The translations under genes and the position numbers were made by a program. Positions 40,736-53,511 of a stretch of DNA of 64,000 bases are shown here, piece after piece. Under the pieces are notes generated by a model. That model made no database searches, was not told where the DNA came from, and saw only the letters and a list, made by a program, of their open reading frames with translations. Every line of letters starts with the position of its first letter. The first letter of the stretch is position 1. Origin of the DNA: Felis catus (taxonomy: Eukaryota); contig NC_058381.1 of assembly GCF_018350175.1 (NCBI RefSeq), forward strand, positions 15,872,001 through 15,936,000, given 5' to 3'.

Positions 40736-42023
40736 ACCCCAACTTTCTGTAATAAAAACATGCATATGCTAAAAGGGTATTTGGTAAGGATATACATTAA
40801 TTTATTCAGTCAAAAATCAAGTACAGAAATACCTTTAAAAATGTCAGTTTTCATTATGAGCCAGGTATTATGCTAGGTTCGGGTGTGGTGGCAGAGACCT
40901 AGTCTGAGGCTTTGAGGAGCACACAGAATAGCGGAGGACTCAGATGGAGACAACTATTTTGCATAAGGGAGCACGCATGTGTGTGTCTCGTAGGGCATTT
41001 GCTATAAGAGAAGCACGAACAAGGTGATATGAGACCAAAAGAAAACAACTAAGTGGTTGGAGAAATGGTATAAAAAGACTCATATACCTCAGCAGGAAGT
41101 GCAAAGATGGTGTCTGCCACTGAAAATGAAGAAACAGAAGTATATGTATTTTTTATTTAGAAACCGTGAAGGTGAAAGTGGCTGTCTTGGGCGGTGGGAT
41201 TCAGAGATGGGACTAGACACCGTCGCACTGACTTATATAAAATCTTAGCGTTATGTGACTTTCTTTTGATGAACATAAAAAGGTTTTTGAAAATCAAGGT
41301 ATGCAAAATAAGAGAAAATCGACACAGGTGCAGAAGTTTGTGTCACTTAGGAGCCATAAAAAATGAGGGAAACAACAAACACTGGTGTGGAGGATCCAAG
41401 AAAGCTTCTGAGTTCCGAAGGATGAGCTGACTAAGAAGGAAGGAAACAAACCTTCGGGTGGAGGCAAGAAGATACATCTTGGTGAATATACACGGCTCAG
41501 TGGGACTAGAACAGGAGGAAGGGTGGGAGAGGGGCAGCACGGATCAGATAGCAGGGAAGGGCCAGACATGCTCCATACTCTGTCAGAGTTTGGAATGTAT
41601 CCTGGAGGCAGCAGGAGCTATGAGAAGACTAAACGGTTTTTGAAATTACTGGATTTATGTGTTAGAAAGCTGGTGTTGGCAGCAGGGATGGCTGGAAGGT
41701 GAGAGGAGGCTTTTGCACTATTATAGGTGATAATGAGGGCCCTTTCCAAAGGGAAGTGGATAGACGAGAGATTTCAGAGTGGAACTCACACCTCTTGGTG
41801 ACTAAATAGCTAACAGAACTTAGGGGTGAGGAGAAACAATGTTCAAAAATTGCTTTTTAATTCCAAAACAATTCTAAGATAAAAAGCCTATTAAATGTGA
41901 AAGTAAAAGCAGTTCCACTGCTAGGTATTTACCCAAGAGAAATGAAACATGTCTACGAGACTTATACAAGGATGTTCCTAACAGTCTTCCTTCTAATAGA
42001 TAAAAATGTTAAATTGCTCCACC

Positions 42024-42250
42024 TTTTTTTAAACATTTTTCATGTTTATTTTTTGAGAGAGAGAGACAGAGCATGAGCAGGGCAGTGGCAAAGAGACAGG
42101 GAGACACAGAATCCAAAGCAGGCTCCAAGGGCTGAGAGGTCAGCACAGAGCCTGATACGGGGCTTGAACTTATGAACTGTGAGATCATGACCTAAGCTGA
42201 AGTCAGACACTTAACCAACTGAGCCACCTAGGAGCCCCTAAATTGCTCTG

Positions 42251-42285
<35 letters not shown>

Positions 42286-42388
42286 TATTTATTTTTTAGT
42301 AATCTCTACACCCAATGTGGGGCTCGAACTCACAACTCTGAGATCAAAGAGTTGCATGCTCTTCCAAGTGAGTCAGCCAGGTGCCCCT
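42024..42388 (-). mobile_element. Can-SINE (42024-42238) plus short tRNA-like SINE (42283-42388)
   Basis: Antisense heads; repeated TAAATTGYTC flanks. Confidence 0.85.
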
Positions 42389-42526
42389 AAATTGTTCTAC
42401 TTTTTGAAATGCCCATGGATATCTGGGTGAAGAGGTTTTGCTGGCTGTTAACACTAGTCTGGACAGAGACAGCACTAAACATAAAAAAAAGCTGATAAAA
42501 CTGGACTTAAAATGTTTTCTGCTCTT

Positions 42527-42838
42527 CCCCACTTACAGCAATGGACAGATCATCTAAACAGAAAATCAACAAGGAAACAATGGCTTTGAATGACACACTG
42601 GACCGGATGGACTTAATGGATACATTTAGAACATTTCATCCTAAAGTTGTGGAATACACATTCTTCTCAAGTGCACGTGGAACATTCGCCAGAAAAGATC
42701 ACATACTGGGACACAAATCAGCCCTCAACAAGTACAAAAAGATTGAGATCATACCGTGCATATTTTCAGACCACAACACTATGAAACTCGCAATCAACCA
42801 CAAGAAAAAATGTGGAAAGATAACAAATACTTGGAGAC
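42527..42838 (+). mobile_element. Isolated internal L1 ORF2 endonuclease fragment
   Basis: Open frame MDRSSKQKINKET...YTFFSS...DHILG...SDHN (L1 EN motifs); 19-bp near-perfect flanking duplication. Confidence 0.9.
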
Positions 42839-43689
42839 TAAAATTTTTTCTGTTCTTATAAGACTGTGTTAAAATAAATCAGCAAGCCATAGACTGGGAA
42901 TAGTACTTGCATTTGTAGAGATTTAACAAATGACTTGCTTCCAGAACTCCAATAAATCAATGAGATTTTTTTAAAAAAACAGATTTAAGCAGGCCTTGAA
43001 AAATAAGCAAAAACTCAAATGACAGAAGGGCCATTCCAGGAGAATAAAGTCATGTGAGCAGACACACAGTATGGAAATACATTCACATTTAGAGATTATA
43101 GACTAGAATAGCTAAGATGTAAAAGAGATCAGAGATGTCTCTTCTAATCCGTTTGTCATGAAACTCAGTGGATCATATAAATTGTTCTGTATTGATATAG
43201 TCCAATTATATTAAATATAATTAAAAAATACACAGGGAGGGGTGCCTGGGTGGCTCAGTCGGTTGAGCATCTGACTCTTGATTTTGGCTCAGTCATGATC
43301 CCAGGGTTGTGGGATGGAGCCCTGCATTGGATGCTCAGGGAAATTTTAACAAAAACTGGGTCTTCACTGACATTAAGGATATAGCATTGATTTTTTTGGG
43401 TGTAATATCAATATAGGTATATAAGAAAATTTCTTGATTTTTACTTTTTTTAATTTTTACTTCTTTTAAGTCATCTTAAAATGTATAAAATACTTAAGTA
43501 TTTAGGACTGAAATACAGCATCTAAGATTTGCCTTAAAATTCCCCAGGGGAAAAAAAAAAGTGGGGTGGAGGGAATGATGAAAGATTATGGCACAGTTGA
43601 ATGGTGACAATCACATAGGGATTTGCTGTATTCTCCTATGTGTTTCTGGAATTTTTAATCATCAAGTATTAAAAATAAAATCTACTAAG

Positions 43690-45120
43690 GAAAGAAATGG
43701 ATGAAAGATTTGAACATAAAATTCACGAAGGAAGATATGCAAATAGGCAATAAGCAAATGCAAAGGTGTTCAACATCAACAGTTATCAGGGAAATGCACA
43801 TTAAGCCACAATGAGAAACCCCTGTACATGTTCTAGGAGAGCTAAAACAAAAACCCAGAAGAGCACAAATGCTGATGAGGATGTGGAAAAGCCGGAACTC
43901 TCAGATACGTACATGGCTGGTAGGAGCGTAAAATGGTTCAACCGCTTTGTACAGCAGTGGCAGTTTCTTACAAAGTAAGAACAGTTCCTCTCTTAGGTAT
44001 TTACCCAAGAAAAATGATTCATGTCTATAAGATTCACACAAGAGTGTTCACAGTAGGGGCGCCTGGATGGCTCAGCTGGTCGAGTATCTGGCTCTTGACT
44101 TCAGCTCAGGTCATGATTTCACAGTTTGTGGGATCAAGCACCGTGTTAGCCTCTGTGCTAATGTCAAGGAGCCAGCTTGGGATTCTCCTCCTCTCTCCCT
44201 CTCTCTCTGCCCCTCCCCTACTCGTGCTCTGTCTCTCTCTCAAAATAAAGAAACTAAAAAAAAAAAAAAAAAAAAAAGAACGTTCATAGTAGTCTTCCTT
44301 ATAAATAGATAAAACTCTGGAAATAACTCAAATATCCACCATTGGAAGAATGGGTAAGCAAATCATCATATTCATAAAATTGAATACCGTTCAGCAATTA
44401 AAAAAAAAACGGGGCGCCTGGGTGGCGCAGTCGATTAAGCATCCGACTTCAGCCAGGTCACGATCTCGCGGTCCGGGAGTTCGAGCCCCGCGTCGGGCTC
44501 TGGGCTGATGGCTCAGAGCCTGGAGCCTGTTTTCGATTCTGTGTCTCCCTCTCTCTCTGCCCCTCCCTGTTCATGCTCTGTCTCTCTCTGTCCCAAAAAT
44601 AAATAAACGTTGAAAAAAAAAAACAAAACAAAACAAAACATGGGCACCTGGGTGGCTCAGTGAGTTAAGCATCCGACTTTGGCTCACGTCATGATCTCAT
44701 CACAGTTTGTGAGTTTGAGCCCCGAATTGGGCTGCTTTGGATTCTCTCTCTCTCTCTTTCTGCCCCTCCCCGTTCATGTTCTTTCTCTAAGAAATAAATA
44801 AACGTAAAGAAAAAAGAACTCTGATATGTACAATTACATGGAGGAATCTCAAAAATGTTATGTTGGGTGACAGAATCCAGGCACAAAAGAATATCTACTG
44901 AATGATTCCATTTTTAAGTCCAAGGACAAACACAAATAATGTGACAGAAATCAGTACAGTAGTTGGCTACTGTAGTAGTTGGTGGGAACTAGCTGGAAAT
45001 GGGCACGAGAGAACTTTCTACAATGATGAAAGTGCTCTATATTTTGAGCAGCAGTTTTATGAGAAGAGTTAGCTGTCAAAACTTATAAAATTGAACACTA
45101 AATTTCTGTTTATTTAAATT
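43690..45120 (+). mobile_element. Old L1 3' region interrupted by three Can-SINEs (44056-44280, 44411-44640, 44642-44815)
   Basis: L1 text (GGTATTTACCCAAGAAAAATG; AATGATTCCATTT) resumes between the SINEs. Confidence 0.75.
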
Positions 45121-45308
45121 CTAGGCAGGGGCTCCTGGGTAGCCCAGATTCTCTCTCTCCCTCTGCCCCTCTATCCTGCTCAAGCTCTCTCAAAAAAAAA
45201 AAAAAAAAAAAAAAAATCTCATGTATATTTTACCTCAGTAACAACAACAAAAAATACTTGTTTGGAGCTTAGGGAGGAGTAGGGACTAGAAATTAGAAGT
45301 CAGAGAAT

Positions 45309-45479
45309 GGGGGTACCTGGGTGGCTCAGTCAGTTAAGTGTTCAACTCTTGTTTTCAGCTCAGGTCATGATCTCATGGTTCATGGGTTCAGCCCCATATT
45401 GGGCTCTGCGCTGACAGTGCGGGGCCTGATTAGGAGTCTCTATCCTCTCTCTGCCCCTTCCCTGCTCTCGCTGCCTCTC

Positions 45480-45510
<31 letters not shown>
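45309..45510 (+). mobile_element. Can-SINE
   Basis: tRNA head, CT tract, poly-A. Confidence 0.85.
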
Positions 45511-46697
45511 GAGGGTCGGAGAATGATGGTTGCAGCTCAGCGCAGAGGTAACCAGAGGACTCAGAGAAGAATGGTACATGAGAATAAAAGAGCCAAAGTG
45601 GGACCACATGTAAATCATTTTGGAATGAGACAGAAAGCCATGACTGTCTGCGAAGCTGTCAAATATGAAGGTGGCAGGATCTGTAAGACCAAAGCAGAAG
45701 TGAGCTCAAAAGAGGATGAAGTTGGTCAGTGATATGAAAAAGTAAGAAGGAAAAGAGTCTAACGAATGTGCCACCTGAGAGGCTGCCTGACCTTCTCCTT
45801 TCCTTCATGATAAAATTTATAAACGCTACATTTTCTGTCTCTTGCTTTCACTAACATTAACTGAATGTCTGTTATTATGTCAGCAGTTTGCCACGTTCTA
45901 GAAGCCACACGACAATCCTAGGAGGTGGCTAATACGATTTTCTCAAATTTTTAGGTAAGAAAACTGAAGTTTAGGGGCGCCTGAGCATGCAACTCTTGAT
46001 CTTGGGGGTTGTGGGTTCGAGCCACATTGGACACAGAGATTTCTTAAAGGAAAACAACACTGAAGTTCAGAGAATTTAAGCAAATCACTTAAGGTCAGTC
46101 ACACAGATATTAAGTGACAGAACCAGGACAGATTGATTCATTCCTTTAATCATCAACAGAGCACTCGCAGAGTTCCCATTACACACCCGGTGTGTGCCAG
46201 GGGCTGGAGTACAACAACTGCTTTGGATGCTGCTGAAGACTGAGTTTGAGGAAGATAGAAAAGTAGCTGTGGGACTAAGCAAGACGGAGGTCATGGGTGA
46301 CATCTACATGAGCGTTTCACAGAGTCACAGGAGCCAGTGCACAACAGGCTGAAGCGTGAAAGGGGTAAGAAGTAGAAACGGTATGTGGGCAGATTTTTTT
46401 AAAAGAAATACGGAGAAGGGGTTTGGGGGTAAAAGATTTTTAAAAGATGGGAGACTTGAAAGCTTGTTTGTGTGTGGAGGAGAACCATTCACTGGAAAGG
46501 ACAGGAGTGGCAGTGTAGATTGGAGATGAGGGGACCAAAAGAGCTAAGAAGTGAGGGGGTGCATCTGGGCATTTCCCTTAGCAAGCGGAGTCATGATGCA
46601 TACAGCAGAGCAGCAGTGGTTGCCCAGGCAGCCTGAGCACATGCGAAGGGACAAATGCTGCACCCAGTTAAGGGTCACGAGGGGGGGGGGGGGGGGT

Positions 46698-47145
46698 TGC
46701 TGGCTGGCTCAGTTGGTAGAGCGTGCGACTCTTGATCTTGGGGCTGTGGGTTCAAGCCCTACATTGGGTGTAGATTACTTTAAAAACTTAAAATATTTTG
46801 GGGCACCTGGGTGGCTCAGTCGGTTAAGCGTCCGACTTCGGCTCAGGTCACGATCTCACAGTCCGTGAGTTCAAGCCCCGCGTCGGGCTCTGGGCTAATG
46901 GCTCAGAGCCTGGAGCCTGCTTCCAATTCTGTGTCTCCCTCTCTCTCTGCCCCTCCCTCGTTCATGCTCTGTCTCTCTCTGTCTCAAAAATAAATAAAAA
47001 CGTTAAAAAAAAATTTAAATAAAAACATAAAATATTTTAGGGGTGCCTGGCTGGCTCAATCGGTAGAGCATGAGACTCTTGATTTCAAAGGTTGTGGGTT
47101 TGAGCCCCATGTTGGGTGTAGAGATTACTTAAAAATAAAATCTTC
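46698..47145 (+). mobile_element. Cluster: short tRNA-Lys-like SINE, full SINEC_Fc (46800-47027), short tRNA-Lys-like SINE
   Basis: GGCTGGCTCA.T.GGTAGAGC.TG.GACTCTTGAT heads; TAAAATATTTT duplicated around the middle SINE. Confidence 0.85.
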
Positions 47146-47316
47146 AAACAAAACAAGAGTCATATGGGTGGCAATGAAAACACATAGTCCTGGCTCAAAA
47201 GTCACCCCAACAGCAAAAGACATAGCTGTGGAGCCTGTTGCTTTGGCCCTTCCCCCACACACTTAAGACCATCCCCAGTGGGCCTGTGGGAATATAAAGT
47301 CAGAAATGAGACTCAC

Positions 47317-47403
47317 ATCATCCAACAATTTGCTTCCTTCTGGATCCATCTCAGAAAGTTCTCGAAATGCTTCATCCCCCACAAAGCAAATTTCATGTCC
47401 ATC
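47317..47403 (-). CDS. GLOD4: GLOD4 exon 8
   Basis: 87 nt, [29 protein letters not shown]; GTGAGT donor. Confidence 0.95.
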
Positions 47404-47492
47404 CTACCGCAATAAAGAGAAAAGAAATTTGGCGGAAAGACACCTTGCAGAAACCCCTGGTGCAGCCCATCCCTTCCCTGAGTAATACTTAC

Positions 47493-47606
47493 AGGGTCAG
47501 CCAGAATGACCACTTGCACTGTTGCTTTCCCTGGGGTATCCAGACTCACTAGGGGAGTCAGAATCTTCTGGTTCTCCCTTTTCATTAAGTCTTCTAAGTC
47601 TGATAA
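47493..47606 (-). CDS. GLOD4: GLOD4 exon 7
   Basis: 114 nt, [38 protein letters not shown]; AAG acceptor, GTAAGT donor; 89-nt intron to exon 8. Confidence 0.94.
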
Positions 47607-47884
47607 CTTGAGGAAGACAAAGAGGCAAAGTGAGCAAGGGGTCATGTACCACTCACGCCGTGGTCCTCAGCAGCCCTGGGGGAGGATGAGATCAACCAGA
47701 GAGAACTCGGGCACCATGTGTTTGATTTTATTATCTCAGTTGCTCTTGAGACAACTGTTGAACTTGATACCAAAGCCACAATCAGAATGAACCGAAAGAA
47801 GGGGGGGAGGGGGGGGTGACATTCTTAGCAGGTTCAACCAGCTAGTCACAGAGCTTAAACCAAAGATCTAGGACCAAACATTAC

Positions 47885-47971
47885 CTCTTTTTGGGGGCAA
47901 GAAAAGGCAATTCTTCCAAAAGCTGCTGCATGATCAACTGTACCTTTGATACCCTGTAGTTCGAGCTTACA
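47885..47971 (-). CDS. GLOD4: GLOD4 exon 6
   Basis: 87 nt, [29 protein letters not shown]. Confidence 0.94.
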
Positions 47972-48724
47972 CTGAAAAGAAATAAGAAAGGTTTATTTTT
48001 TGGAACACGTTATATGTATGGTTAAAAAAAAAATTCGAACAGTACTAAAGGAATAAAGTTAAAACTAACGCTCCCTTCTACTCTCCCCAGTGGCAACTAG
48101 TCAACAGTTTCCTGGAAGACACATGGCATGCACAGATCTTCTTTTTTTTTCACACAAATGGTGGCATAATTTACACATTATTCTGTCCCTTGTTTCTACC
48201 CAATGTTACTATGTCAGCATGTAAGGATTCACCCCATTCTTTCTGACAGCTGCACAGTAATCCATTCTATGGATGAACCATAAATTATTGAACTACTCCT
48301 CTAATGCACAGAACACTGAGGTTATTTCTTATCTTTTGCTATTACAAACAGTGCTGCAACAGATAACTTTGTACACATTTCTTTGTGCACGTGTATGGTG
48401 AGTACGTCTGTAAAATAAATTCTTGGGAGTAGACCTGCTGAGTCAGAGTGCACGGACTAAATCATGTTCAAATGCTAGGTTATTTAAGGGGAAAAAAAAA
48501 AGATGAAAATCAATGATCACTTCTGACTCCGCAAAGGTTATAGCCCTAAAAATAAACAAAGGTAATATATGGGTGATGGTTATCAGCAATTTTTATTTTC
48601 TTCTTTCTGCTTACCTATGTAAATATTGAGTCACTGTGAAAAAACTCTGAGAATAACCTTCATGTGATCCTCATTTGTAAGCCAAACTCAAAGTAACAGA
48701 TTACTTCTCTCCAAGATCACTCAC

Positions 48725-48861
48725 CTGGTTATCAGCATAGCCCAGCAAAGCCCTTTGCTTCTCTTCATCTTTTTCATAAATTTTCATTCCCAGTAGATTA
48801 GACCAGTAGTTCAAGGATTTCTGAAGATCAGACACTGCTAGAGTTACTTTTAATATAGGAT
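48725..48861 (-). CDS. GLOD4: GLOD4 exon 5
   Basis: 137 nt, (D)[45 protein letters not shown] (VOC/glyoxalase motif). Confidence 0.95.
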
Positions 48862-49117
48862 CTGGAGAGTAATAAAACAGTAGGAATGGATAGGTCAGCA
48901 CAGTGGAATAGAACAGGAAGACTAAATCAGGCTCGTGTATATATGAGTTCAGTTTATGATAAGAAAGGGATGATAAGTCAGTATGAAAGTGCACATTATT
49001 CAAAAAATGGCATGAAGAAAGCCGGCTTGTCATTTGGTTAGAAAAATTACACCTTTAAACGAAATGGCAAAATACATTCCTAATGGGTTAAAGGATTTAG
49101 TTTAAAGAATGAAATCA

Positions 49118-49320
49118 TGGGGCGCCTGGGTGGCTCAGTGGGTTAAGCATCCGCCTTTGGCTCAGGTCATGATCTCACAGTTTGTGAGTTCGAGCCCCGT
49201 TGGGCTCTGTGCTGACAGCTCGGAGCCTGGCGCCTGCTTCGGATTCTGTGTCTCCCTCTCTCTCTGCCCCTTCCCTGCTTGTGCTGTCTCTCAAAAATGA
49301 ATAAATGTTAAAAAAAAAAA
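49118..49320 (+). mobile_element. Can-SINE
   Basis: TSD AATGAAATCATG. Confidence 0.88.
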
Positions 49321-49589
49321 ATGAAATCATGAAAATACTAAAAACAATTATTATTACAATTATTATTATTGCTACAATTTTGGGGTGTAGAAAGATTTTT
49401 TTTTAACCTGACACCAAAGGTAGAAAAACCAGGAAAGAAAAAATGTATTAGGTTAATCACATGAAATGGAAAATTCCTAGACAACAACCACCCCCCTCCA
49501 AGAAAAGAAAAAAAAAATGATAATCAAAGAGTAAATGACAAAGTGAGAAACATTTTTGCAACATATATGACAAAAAGTCCTGAATACTT

Positions 49590-49818
49590 TTTTCCTCTTT
49601 TAGTTTATTTATTCTTGAGAGAAAGAGGGGGGGAGAGAGAGAGAGAGAGAGAGAACGAGCAAGGAAGGGGCAGAAAGAGAGGAAGAGAGGATCCCAAGCA
49701 GGTTCCACACTGTCAGCACAGAGCCTGACTCAGGGCTCAAACCCATGAACTGTCAGATCATGACCTGAGCTGAAATCAAGACTCAGAGGCTCGGCTGACT
49801 GAGCCACTCAGGCGCCCC
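49590..49818 (-). mobile_element. Can-SINE within an old L1 fragment
   Basis: Antisense motifs; AGTCCT.AATA-like TSD. Confidence 0.85.
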
Positions 49819-50341
49819 AGTCCTTAATATTTAAATCACCTTTAAACATTAGTAGGAAAAAGACGAACATCCTAAAAAAATAGGTAAAAAGCACAAAGCG
49901 GTAACCCACAAAAGAAGGACTTGGAATGGTCAATGAACACATGAAAAAACATTCAACCTCACAAATAATCAAAGAATTTGGAATTAAAACACAACATTTT
50001 GCCATCTCACTGGCAGATAATTTTAAAAGTTCGCAGTGTTAACTGTGATAGGGCAGGGGGGAGAATCATAATCATATAGTACTGGCAGAGTGTAAATTAT
50101 AAATTAGTTCATTTCTGGGCAGCAATTTGACAGAATGTACCCAAAGCCTAAAAAAACGTAAACTGCTTTTGAAAGAGCTATCCTATTATCACCAATTAAA
50201 GAAGTAATTGTAGATGTATGAAGGGCTTTCTGCACAAAGACATTCTTTACACTGTTGCTTGTAACAATGAAACACTAAGGACAACATAAACATCCAACAA
50301 TAGGCACTGTTTGATTCCTGGATGTAATACATATAATGTAT

Positions 50342-50509
50342 NNNNNNNNNNNNNNNNNNNNNNNNNNNNNNNNNNNNNNNNNNNNNNNNNNNNNNNNNNN
50401 NNNNNNNNNNNNNNNNNNNNNNNNNNNNNNNNNNNNNNNNNNNNNNNNNNNNNNNNNNNNNNNNNNNNNNNNNNNNNNNNNNNNNNNNNNNNNNNNNNNN
50501 NNNNNNNNN
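50342..50509. other. Assembly gap (168 N)
   Basis: N run. Confidence 1.
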
Positions 50510-51241
50510 TTTTGATAAATGATTGGAAAGATACACTCTAAAATGTTAACAGTGATTATCTCTGCCTATGTGGGTACTGTTTTCGTCTTTCTTCTTTGCT
50601 TATCTGTGTAGGAAAAAAAATCTATTTTTTCCAAAAAGAATAAAAGTTCTATTAAAACATTTAACATCATTGGAAATTTTTATATTGTAAAGTGACCCCT
50701 GAAGAGCTGTTCTGACTATGGTAAATTCAGTACATTTGTCTTCAGTTTTCACCGCCTCGGCCCGTCTCTCTGCCTCTCCCCTGTGCATGTGTGCACTCTC
50801 TCTCTCCCCGCGAGGGAAGTGGCTCTAGGACAGGTGGACCCCCGTGGGCAAGACAATGGAGAGAAGAGTTGGATTCTTGATGCCATTGCTGAGATGCTGA
50901 GTCCACTAACACTGAGCTGTTCCTACCTATAGGATACCCGCTCCGTGAGCTAGAACGTTTTCTTCACGTGCCAGCTAGTCTGAGATCGATTTTGATACAG
51001 CTGAAAATATCCTAGTAGGTATTACCAGTAGAACAGAGCCCAAACCAGTTTAGATTCCCTAGAATTATGCACTGAAGTTCTAATATGAAAATATGATTTC
51101 TCAAAGAACAAAACGCTGGCTTGGGAAAGACATGTCATCGCAACACAGAAAGACTTCACGGGAGAAAGAAATCTGGCTCCTCTCTCCTTTCATCAAAGAT
51201 GTCGTTAGACAGACGGCTTTTACCAATCCCGCTATAATTAC

Positions 51242-51386
51242 CTGACTGAGGTGGACTTCGATTCTGCAAATAGAACTTATATCCTCCTGGGGCTTCAGTT
51301 TCAAAAACACCTTCCGTAACTTCGCTGAGTGGCCACTCCAGCCTTCTGGCATTGCTGACGGCCTGGTTAGAAGCGAGTGTGATACC
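51242..51386 (-). CDS. GLOD4: GLOD4 exon 4
   Basis: 145 nt, [48 protein letters not shown]. Confidence 0.95.
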
Positions 51387-51844
51387 CTGTGACAAACAAC
51401 AGTACCATCAATTGTATAACCATGGATTTTTTCTAGAACAAGAGAATGAGGCAAAACCCCGCTGCCTTTACATGATGCCGCTGAAGATTTAATTGGCATT
51501 CAAAATTTTCGCCTAGGACATATTTCTCCTCCAAAGATTCCAAATGTTGTGAATTGCAGGACAGAAATTCAAAGGCTAGAGACGTTTGATCCATTTAACA
51601 CCAAAGATAATCTTTCATTTTTGTTTTTTGTTTAAAATTTTTATTTAACAAAGATAATCTCTTCTAATTTTAAAGATCTAGTCAGAGAAATCTTGATCTT
51701 ACTTTAGTTTGCCAGCTACCTATTTAAGATGTTTTTTATTTTTGCTTTCTAAACAAAATAATTTAAGCCAATTATCAAGGTATCATTTAAATTTAATCAA
51801 AATACCTAAAAATGTACACTGTCTTCTGATAAGACCAGCTGCAC

Positions 51845-52312
51845 TTTTTTTTTTTAATTAAAAAAAAATGTTTATTTATTTGTGAGAAAGAGACAGAGTG
51901 TGAGTGGGGGAGGGGCAGAAAGAGAGGGAGACACAGAATTCAAAGCAGGCTCCAGGCTCTGAGCTGTCAGCACAGAGCCCGAGGCGGGGCTCGAACTCAC
52001 AACCCGTGAGATCATGACCTGAGCCGAAGTCGGAGGCTCAACCAACTGAGCCACCCAGGCACCCCAGACCAGCTGTACTTCTAACTTGGATTATCATAAC
52101 AACTTCTCTTGGGGCGCCTGGATGACTCAGTCAGTTACGTGTCTGATTCTTGATTTCGGCTCAAGTCATGATCTTGCAGTTTGTGAGATCAAGACCTGCG
52201 TCAGGCTCTGCACTGATAACGTGGAGCCTGCTTGGGATTCTCACTCTTTCCTCTCTCTGTCCCGCACATGTGCTCTCTTAAAATAAATAAACATTAAAAA
52301 AAAAAAAAAAAA
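51845..52312. mobile_element. Head-to-head inverted Can-SINE pair (minus 51845-52065; plus 52111-52312)
   Basis: Opposite orientations 45 bp apart; first copy has TSD AGACCAGCTGYACTT. Confidence 0.85.
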
Positions 52313-53269
52313 GCCAGCCTCTCTTTCCCTGAGTCTTGTCAATCCATCCTCCGTTCTGCAGCCAGAGTAAAATTTCTGAAACACACCCTACTCTCAAGAC
52401 AGCGACCTTATGTTGTTTTTCCCCTGCTTAAAACCCTTGATAGCTCCTCATGTCGCTCAGGGATGGCTTCTAATGGCCTGAAGGGCCCAAAACAATCTGA
52501 GCCCAGGTCATTTCGGACCCATCTCCTCTCACTTTCCTCTTGCTCTGTCTATTCCAGCCACACTGGCCTCCGTGCATTTTCTCAAATGTGCCAGCTGCTG
52601 TTTGCGGGCTTCTGCACAGGCCGTTCTCTATCTGGATTGCTCTTCCCCAGGATACCACATGCCTAACTCTTCTCTCCTGAGAGAATTTCCCCTGATGTCA
52701 CCTCCTCATTGATCCCTACCCTTGAAACCTTCGTTAAAACTAAAACCAGTCACTTGTCCCATAATCCCCACCACCCCTTATTCTGCTATGACTTTATTCC
52801 CCTGCCAGGCATAAATTTTTGTCTGTTTCATTCACTGGTTATCCAAAGTTCCTAGAACTGTGCCTGGCACATAGAAGGCACTCAATACATATCTGTGGCA
52901 TGAATAAACACCACAATGTGTAATTTAGTACACAGTTCATTAAACATATTTGTTAACATACATGTAAACTAAGTTCCTAAGTGTGAACCTGCAAGGCCAA
53001 AGGATAGATGCATTAATTATTTTGATAGTGACCAAGTGAGGTTGTAGCCATGTACACCCCTACTAGTAACGTGTGAGAGTGGCGCTTTTTTAACACCCTT
53101 TCTAACACAGTGCATTATCACACTTTTTGAGTTTTGCCAATCGGTGACAAATGGCAGCTTGGCAGTTGAACATTTTTTTTCAATGTTTAAGAGACATTTC
53201 TCATGTAGTTTCTGTGGCTGTCTATTCAGTTTTTGTCCTTTTTTCAAAAAATTAAGTTGTTGATCCTCT

Positions 53270-53302
53270 TATTTTTTTTTAATTTTGCAATGGTTATTTA
53301 TT

Positions 53303-53346
<44 letters not shown>

Positions 53347-53511
53347 TGAGCGGGGGAGGGGCAGAGAGAGAGGGAGACACAGAATCTGAAACAGGCTCCA
53401 GGCTCTGAGCGGTCAGCACAGAGCCTGACGTGGGGCTCAAACTCACGGACCGCGAGATCATGACCTGAGCCGAAGTCAGGCGCCCAACCGACTGAGCCAC
53501 CCAGGCTCCCC
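53270..53511 (-). mobile_element. Can-SINE with long (GA)n
   Basis: Antisense motifs. Confidence 0.88.

Noticed and set aside
46700-47120. Apparent tRNA-Lys genes (similar copies at 42283-42388, 45974-46050, 61985-62098)
   Set aside because: Stem mismatches, shared AGATTACTT-A tails and multiple degenerate copies indicate tRNA-derived SINEs
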